From: an uncultured Verrucomicrobiae bacterium
GTDB taxonomy: Bacteria; Verrucomicrobiota; Verrucomicrobiia; Chthoniobacterales; JAFAMB01
NCBI GenBank assembly: GCA_963813025.1
Contig: CAWEXO010000015.1
Coordinates: 32,001-96,000 of the forward strand
Direction of reading: 5' to 3'
DNA: 64,000 bases
Shown in pieces: positions 59,414-64,000 of the stretch; within the stretch, counting starts at the first letter, position 1, and each line of letters opens with the position of its first letter. Both the position numbers and the translations under genes were made by a program. A model generated the notes under the pieces. That model was given only the letters and a program-made list of their open reading frames with translations, had not been told where the DNA came from and made no database searches.

Positions 59414-60055
59414 TTAAACCCGATGGTTAGTTCCTAGGTTCTTCAACGAAGAGCACAGCGGACATTTCGGAAAATCTTGTGATCCGTCGAACTTCGAATC
59501 TCTCGCTTCGGTGCGGCAAGGACCTAACGATGCCAGCGCACGAATCTGCTCGGCTAGCGTGTAAAACACATTAGCACTGTACTTGCCGGTGATGATCTCG
59601 GCAGCAGCCTTGGGCACATGAGGGAGAGTACCCGCCAGCGGCTCCCGAAGGTAATGAAAACCGAAATTATCTCGGATAGTTCTGGCGAGGTTAGGTTGGG
59701 CAAAATATTTCCCTAAAAACTCCAGCGCCGTCCGGGCGGGATCGCTTAGCCGTGCGTGCCAGTTCTTGCCGAGTGCTTGGCCGTTCCATTCGGAATCGAT
59801 TACCTTCCAGCCTTCGAGCAAAATGCTGTAGATCAACCGAACGCCGAAAAGCCGCTGATGCGTGGCGAGCTTTCGTCCGTCTGCGGAGGTCGAATGTGTT
59901 CCTTTTTCTGCGCCCACGCACAGGTGGAACACGTGTCGTAGGTCATCCATTGCGTTTGCGAGCCTGACGAAAAAGAGTTGTTCTGGTTCTGACAGCTTCA
60001 AAAATTCTGCATAATCGAAGGTCAATCGGTAAAGCTGAAGACTATCTGCGGGCAT
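59414..60055 (-). CDS. Hypothetical helical protein with a HEPN-like Rx5H motif (3' end probably truncated)
   Basis: LARTIRDNFGFHY. Confidence 0.55.
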   Translation of the reverse strand: MPADSLQLYRLTFDYAEFLKLSEPEQLFFVRLANAMDDLRHVFHLCVGAEKGTHSTSADGRKLATHQRLFGVRLIYSILLEGWKVIDSEWNGQALGKNWHARLSDPARTALEFLGKYFAQPNLARTIRDNFGFHYLREPLAGTLPHVPKAAAEIITGKYSANVFYTLAEQIRALASLGPCRTEARDSKFDGSQDFPKCPLCSSLKNLGTNHRV

Positions 60056-60100
60056 TGTTCTGCATCTCTGACTTCGCTCCGTTTGCAACCATTTGGGTAC

Positions 60101-60135
60101 AAAAAAACGCGCGCTGGTTTCAACAGCGCGCGTTT
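60101..60135 (-). terminator. Intrinsic terminator
   Basis: ACGCGCGCTG-loop-CAGCGCGCGT followed by a T run on the minus strand. Confidence 0.75.
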
Positions 60136-60159
60136 CCTGGCTGCTCTCGGGAAGACAGC

Positions 60160-60420
60160 GTTAGCGGGTTGGGGTGTCGGTGGCGGCACGTTCGACGTTT
60201 GGGTGAGTCCGCTCCGGCGCTGCGATTTGCGGACGTATCCCATGGCGCCGTACAGATCCGAGTCTGAGCCGTATTCCGGATTTCCGATCACGCCGGCAAC
60301 GACGAGCGCGGCAACTTTCTCGTCGCGCGTGACGCGTTTGGTCTCGCGCTGCGCTTCAGCTTCGGCAATCGCTGTCTCGGCATCGAGCGCATCCTGGATC
60401 GCAGTCTCGTAGGTGGGATC
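60160..60420 (-). pseudogene. C-terminal fragment of a conserved-looking hypothetical protein
   Basis: GNPEYGSDSDLYGAMGYVRKSQRRSGL; no start codon. Confidence 0.55.
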
Positions 60421-61111
60421 TCGTCGCGACGCCGCCGAATTCGAACGCGGGCGCAAGCTGCGTCCACGCTGCATCGGAATCGAATCACTAACGTTGTCGT
60501 GCTGGTGTTGAAGTATCAGTGGAGCAAGTGGAAACTTGTTCGCAGACCATCTTTTCAAACGACTGCAAATGGCTGAACAAAGAAGAATCGATGCGGGATG
60601 GGAGGTGTATGAGCACCATTGTCGACCCGGCCACCGGTATACGCTGAAATTGCCGGATGGCAGCTCGATGCGTATGCTGTTTAAGGGAACGGTACCAACC
60701 AAGGAGGACCTCCCAAAAGTTGGCAATCAAATCGGTGACTTCTGGGGTATCGCGGGTGATCCGCATTTCTGAGTGTGGACTTCGGAGGCGGTGCTATCGC
60801 CACTTGGATCGATCCCTAATGCAGAAAAGAGGCAGTCTTCATCGCTAAACAGAAACGACATCCAATCGCTGACCAGTTTAGCGATTGCGTGATTGTTAAG
60901 ATTAAACGGTTCGGTCAGGTCCTGAGTGCGGTTACTTCTAGTGAGGTGACCCCCACGACCTTCCCCGCGAATCGCAAGCGTTACCATTCGTGAATCTTAA
61001 TGGTTAAATAAACATTACATTCTGGCCGCACCCTTCCGAAAGCAACGCCCAGGTTTGACTCCGGGGTGACAAAAACGAGGCCGGAACAGGCTCGCGAACG
61101 GAGAGAAAACC

Positions 61112-62490
61112 ATGTCTTTAGCTCAAGCGGCCTCTGTCACTGCACGCCTCGATCGGCTACCATCGTCGCCCTATCTGTGGCGGCTTCTGGTTCTGCTGTC
61201 GCTTGGCGGCTTCTTCGAGGTCTACGACCTCTTCCTGACCGCCTATGTCACGCCTGGCCTCATTCGCGACAATATTTTCCTTGAATCGAATAAAGGGCTG
61301 TTCGGCCTGACCGACCAGGCGACCTTCGCCGCCGCAATGTTCGCTGGACTATTCGTCGGAACCATCCTGTTCGGCTGGGTTGCCGACAAATATGGGCGGC
61401 GTAACATCTTCACTTTCGCGCTTCTGTGGTACGCCGCCGCAACCGCCATCATGGCCTTCCAGAGTACGCGCCTCGGCGTCAATCTGTGGCGCTTCGTCAC
61501 CGGTGTCGGGGTGGCGTCGAATTCATCACCATCGACGCCTATGTGAGCGAACTTATGCCGAAGGCGCTGCGCGGCCGAGCCTTCGCCATCAGTCAGGCGA
61601 TCGCGTTCCTTGCAGCGCCCGTCGGGACGTTCCTCGCCTGGCAACGCGTGCCGCTCCATCCATTTGGCATCTCGGGCTGGCGCATTGTGGTGCTGGTGCC
61701 GGTGATCGGCGCGCTTCTCGTCTGGTGGATCCGCCGCGAAGTGCCCGAATCGCCGCGCTGGCTCGCCCAGCATGGCAAGGTGGACGAAGCCGAAAAGGTG
61801 ATGGCCGGGATCGAAACGCGCATCGCTGCTGAGACAGGGAAGCCCTTGCCTGGGCCGGGACGCCCGGTGGAGGAAATCGGCAGCGCAAGCTTCTCGGAAA
61901 TCTGGAAGCCGCCCTACGCGCAGCGGGCGATCATGCTGGCGATCTTCAACTTCTTTCAGACGATCGGCTTTTACGGCTTTGCTAACTGGGTGCCGCAGCT
62001 CCTCGCCTCCCAGGGTGCAAGTTTCACCAAGAGCCTGCAATATGGCTTCATCATCGCGCTCGTCTATCCCTTGGGGCCCTTCATCTGCAGCCTGTTCGCC
62101 GACAAGATCGAGCGGAAATGGCAGATCGTCAGTGCCGCGCTCGGCACGGCGACATTCGGCCTGATCTTCGCGCGCATGTCCGAGCCCCTACTGATGGTGA
62201 TCCTCGGGAGCTTGATCACGACGACCAACAACTTGCTGTCCGTTGCCTATCACGCCTATCAGGCAGAGCTGTTCCCCACCCGCATCCGAGCCCGAGCGGT
62301 CGGCTTCGTCTATTCGTTCAGCCGCGTCTCGACCGTGTTCACGAGCTTCATGATCGCCTTCTTCCTGCAAAATTTCGGCACGAGCGGGGTGTTCGCCTTC
62401 ATCGCCTTCGCCATGGTGGTCGTCATGATCTCGATCGGCGTCTTCGGGCCGCGCACCAATAATCTCGCGCTCGAAGAGATCTCGCAACCT
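61112..62490 (+). pseudogene. MFS metabolite transporter with a frameshift near 61512
   Basis: ARLDRLP, ADKYGRR, PESPRWL, ELFPTRIRARAVG split across two frames. Confidence 0.88.
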
Positions 62491-62535
62491 AGATCCATGT
62501 CCCATCCGCTGTCCGGCATTCGCGTTGTCGAGTTC

Positions 62536-62573
62536 CGGATTTTCTTACCAAAGGGAAAATAAAGCACGGTAAG
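62536..62573 (+). mobile_element. Degenerate Tn21-like 38-bp inverted repeat
   Basis: Inner GGAAAATAAAGCACGGTAAG versus the Tn21 IR as recalled (GGAAAATAAAGCACGCTAAG). Confidence 0.65.
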
Positions 62574-62796
62574 GACTCCCTTACCCTCGGGAACGATGAG
62601 CGGAGTGTCAGGCCATTAGACAAAGTGAGCACACGGAAAAAAAGAAGGTATTCGGACCCGGATTGTGCGTGAAACGGGCTTAAATCAAATCCTGATGCGT
62701 TTTCTTTTGGCCAAATCGCCCACAAGAAGCCTTAACGTGCTAAAATTCCTTTTAGTAGACGCGACCCTTTTGGCCTTTTCCGTTGTCTCCCTATCG

Positions 62797-63477
62797 CTAT
62801 AACTGCCCTTGGTCTGTTCGCGGGAGTCGCTTGCGGCCAGCCCCGAAAGCTTTCGGGGCCAGTTGACAAGAACTAGCAGGCTGCAAAGCGGCTCCCCTCC
62901 AACCGGATCTTTCCTCTATTGGCTCCCCACGCGTAGAGACAGCCATTAACCACGCGTCGAGCCCGAATTCAAGGCCGCTTGCAGGTTTGCTCTCGCCGAA
63001 CACTTGAGCGGCTTCTAACGCCACGGCTCCATGGAGGAACGCCCAAAGCGCGACAGACGCCTGCGCAGCTCGGCCCGACCCGGCAATTCGTTGCACCTGC
63101 TCGACGGTGAACGTCCAGAGGCTTTGGCGGAAGGTCGCATCGTGCTCCGGCGCGTGGAGACTCATCATCACCTCATAGAGGTGACGGTTGTCCCTTGCGA
63201 ACTTTATGTAAGCAGATGACATCTCGCGGATTGTGGAAACCGGTTCGCACCCCTCGGCTGCCTTCCTCAGCACCAGTTCCAGTTGCCGGGCAGCTTCGTT
63301 TGCTAGCGCAGCTTCCAGTGCTGAGCGATCGGAAAAGTAACGGTAGATTGCATTGGGCGCGAGGCCGAGGGAAGCCGCGAGATTCCGTAACGACAAGTCG
63401 CGGATACCCCCGTGCGCCAGATCCTTCACCGCGGCCGAAAGGATGGTCTGGCGGTCTGTTTTCGACGGATAAGGCAT
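62797..63477 (-). CDS. TetR-family regulator
   Basis: LSLRNLAASLGLAPNAIYRYF; WAFLHG. Confidence 0.9.
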   Translation of the reverse strand: MPYPSKTDRQTILSAAVKDLAHGGIRDLSLRNLAASLGLAPNAIYRYFSDRSALEAALANEAARQLELVLRKAAEGCEPVSTIREMSSAYIKFARDNRHLYEVMMSLHAPEHDATFRQSLWTFTVEQVQRIAGSGRAAQASVALWAFLHGAVALEAAQVFGESKPASGLEFGLDAWLMAVSTRGEPIEERSGWRGAALQPASSCQLAPKAFGAGRKRLPRTDQGQL

Positions 63478-63486
63478 GAGAAATAC

Positions 63487-63510
63487 TACACCTTGACAAG
63501 CGAAGGTGTA
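63487..63510. promoter_or_regulatory. Operator-like palindrome overlapping TTGACA between the TetR and SDR genes
   Basis: TACACCTT-N8-AAGGTGTA. Confidence 0.6.
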
Positions 63511-63557
63511 CAGCGAACATGTTGAAGATGAACAGTGATCATCTTAGGAGAAATGCG

Positions 63558-64000
63558 ATGGCGAACAGCAAAGATGTCGTGGTCACCGGGGTCTCCACCG
63601 GAATTGGTTGGGGAACCACAAAGGTGCTTATTTCAAAGGGATTTCGCGTGTTCGGCTCTGTTCGCAAGCAGGCTGACGCCGATCGTTTGCAAAGAGAGTT
63701 CGGTAACGTTTTCGTGCCTCTCATGATGGACGTTACGGACGCCGACGCTGTACATCAAGCTGCCCAGAAGGTCGGCTCCATGATAGGCGACAGGAATCTG
63801 ATTGGCCTGGTTAACAATGCAGGCATTGTGGTGAGTGGGCCACTTCTTTATCTGAGGCCCAGCGAGTACAGGCGGCAGTTGGATGTCAACATGATCTCCC
63901 CGCTTGTCGTAATCCAAGCCTTCGCTTCTCTTTTGGGAACGGATAAGAAGAGGCAGGGTCCCACCGGCCGCATCGTGAACATCAGCTCTACCGGCGCAAA
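63558..64000 (+). CDS. Short-chain dehydrogenase/reductase (runs off the window; absent from the ORF track)
   Basis: MANSKDVVVTGVSTGIG...LVNNAG...GRIVNISS; AGGAG RBS. Confidence 0.92.
   Translation, partial: MANSKDVVVTGVSTGIGWGTTKVLISKGFRVFGSVRKQADADRLQREFGNVFVPLMMDVTDADAVHQAAQKVGSMIGDRNLIGLVNNAGIVVSGPLLYLRPSEYRRQLDVNMISPLVVIQAFASLLGTDKKRQGPTGRIVNISSTGA

Noticed and set aside
62840..62859. GCCCCGAAAGCTTTCGGGGC palindrome as a novel element
   Set aside because: A single short REP-like palindrome in the TetR tail with no other support in this window
1..64000. CRISPR array
   Set aside because: No repeat of 23-47 bp recurs with regular unique spacers; the repeats seen are microsatellite-like, REP hairpins or gene duplications

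Overview
A GC-rich bacterial chromosome segment. The gene families, TonB-receptor style and intergenic repeats suggest a soil Verrucomicrobiota (Chthoniobacterales-like) genome; this is inference. Five blocks: (1) 1-7 kb housekeeping genes (nadA, moeA, GH3 glycosidase, aldo/keto reductase, EEP hydrolase). (2) About 7-31 kb is an accessory, partly decayed region ending at tRNA-Ser(GCT). It holds a frameshifted kinase-STAND-TPR gene, a phage-satellite-like replication module (Xis-like, primase-like, RepA-type AAA helicase, iteron-rich putative origin, TerS-like HTH) and Tn3-family scars. It also holds a defence-like cluster: a PD-(D/E)xK protein plus a coupled three-gene operon ending in an MBL-fold hydrolase, whose first gene is split by an intact IS256 with a 9-bp target duplication. 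(3) 31.4-47.8 kb is an outer-membrane uptake locus: three related TonB-dependent receptors sharing an unusual GYDKEG insert, two PEGA proteins, DUF3016, a Tat amidase and exbB-exbD-tonB. (4) 48-55.7 kb has a Fur/PerR-like gene leading sufCBD, an orphan malE with a Zn dehydrogenase, a REP-bounded RAYT remnant and tRNA-Leu(GAG). (5) 55.7-64 kb is a second accessory region with two integron attC sites and no integrase, an orphan 3' half of tRNA-Thr (att site), AbiEii/ART-like/HEPN-like genes or remnants, a broken MFS gene and a TetR-SDR pair. No CRISPR array or rRNA was seen. All family calls come from motif recognition by eye; no database search was run.
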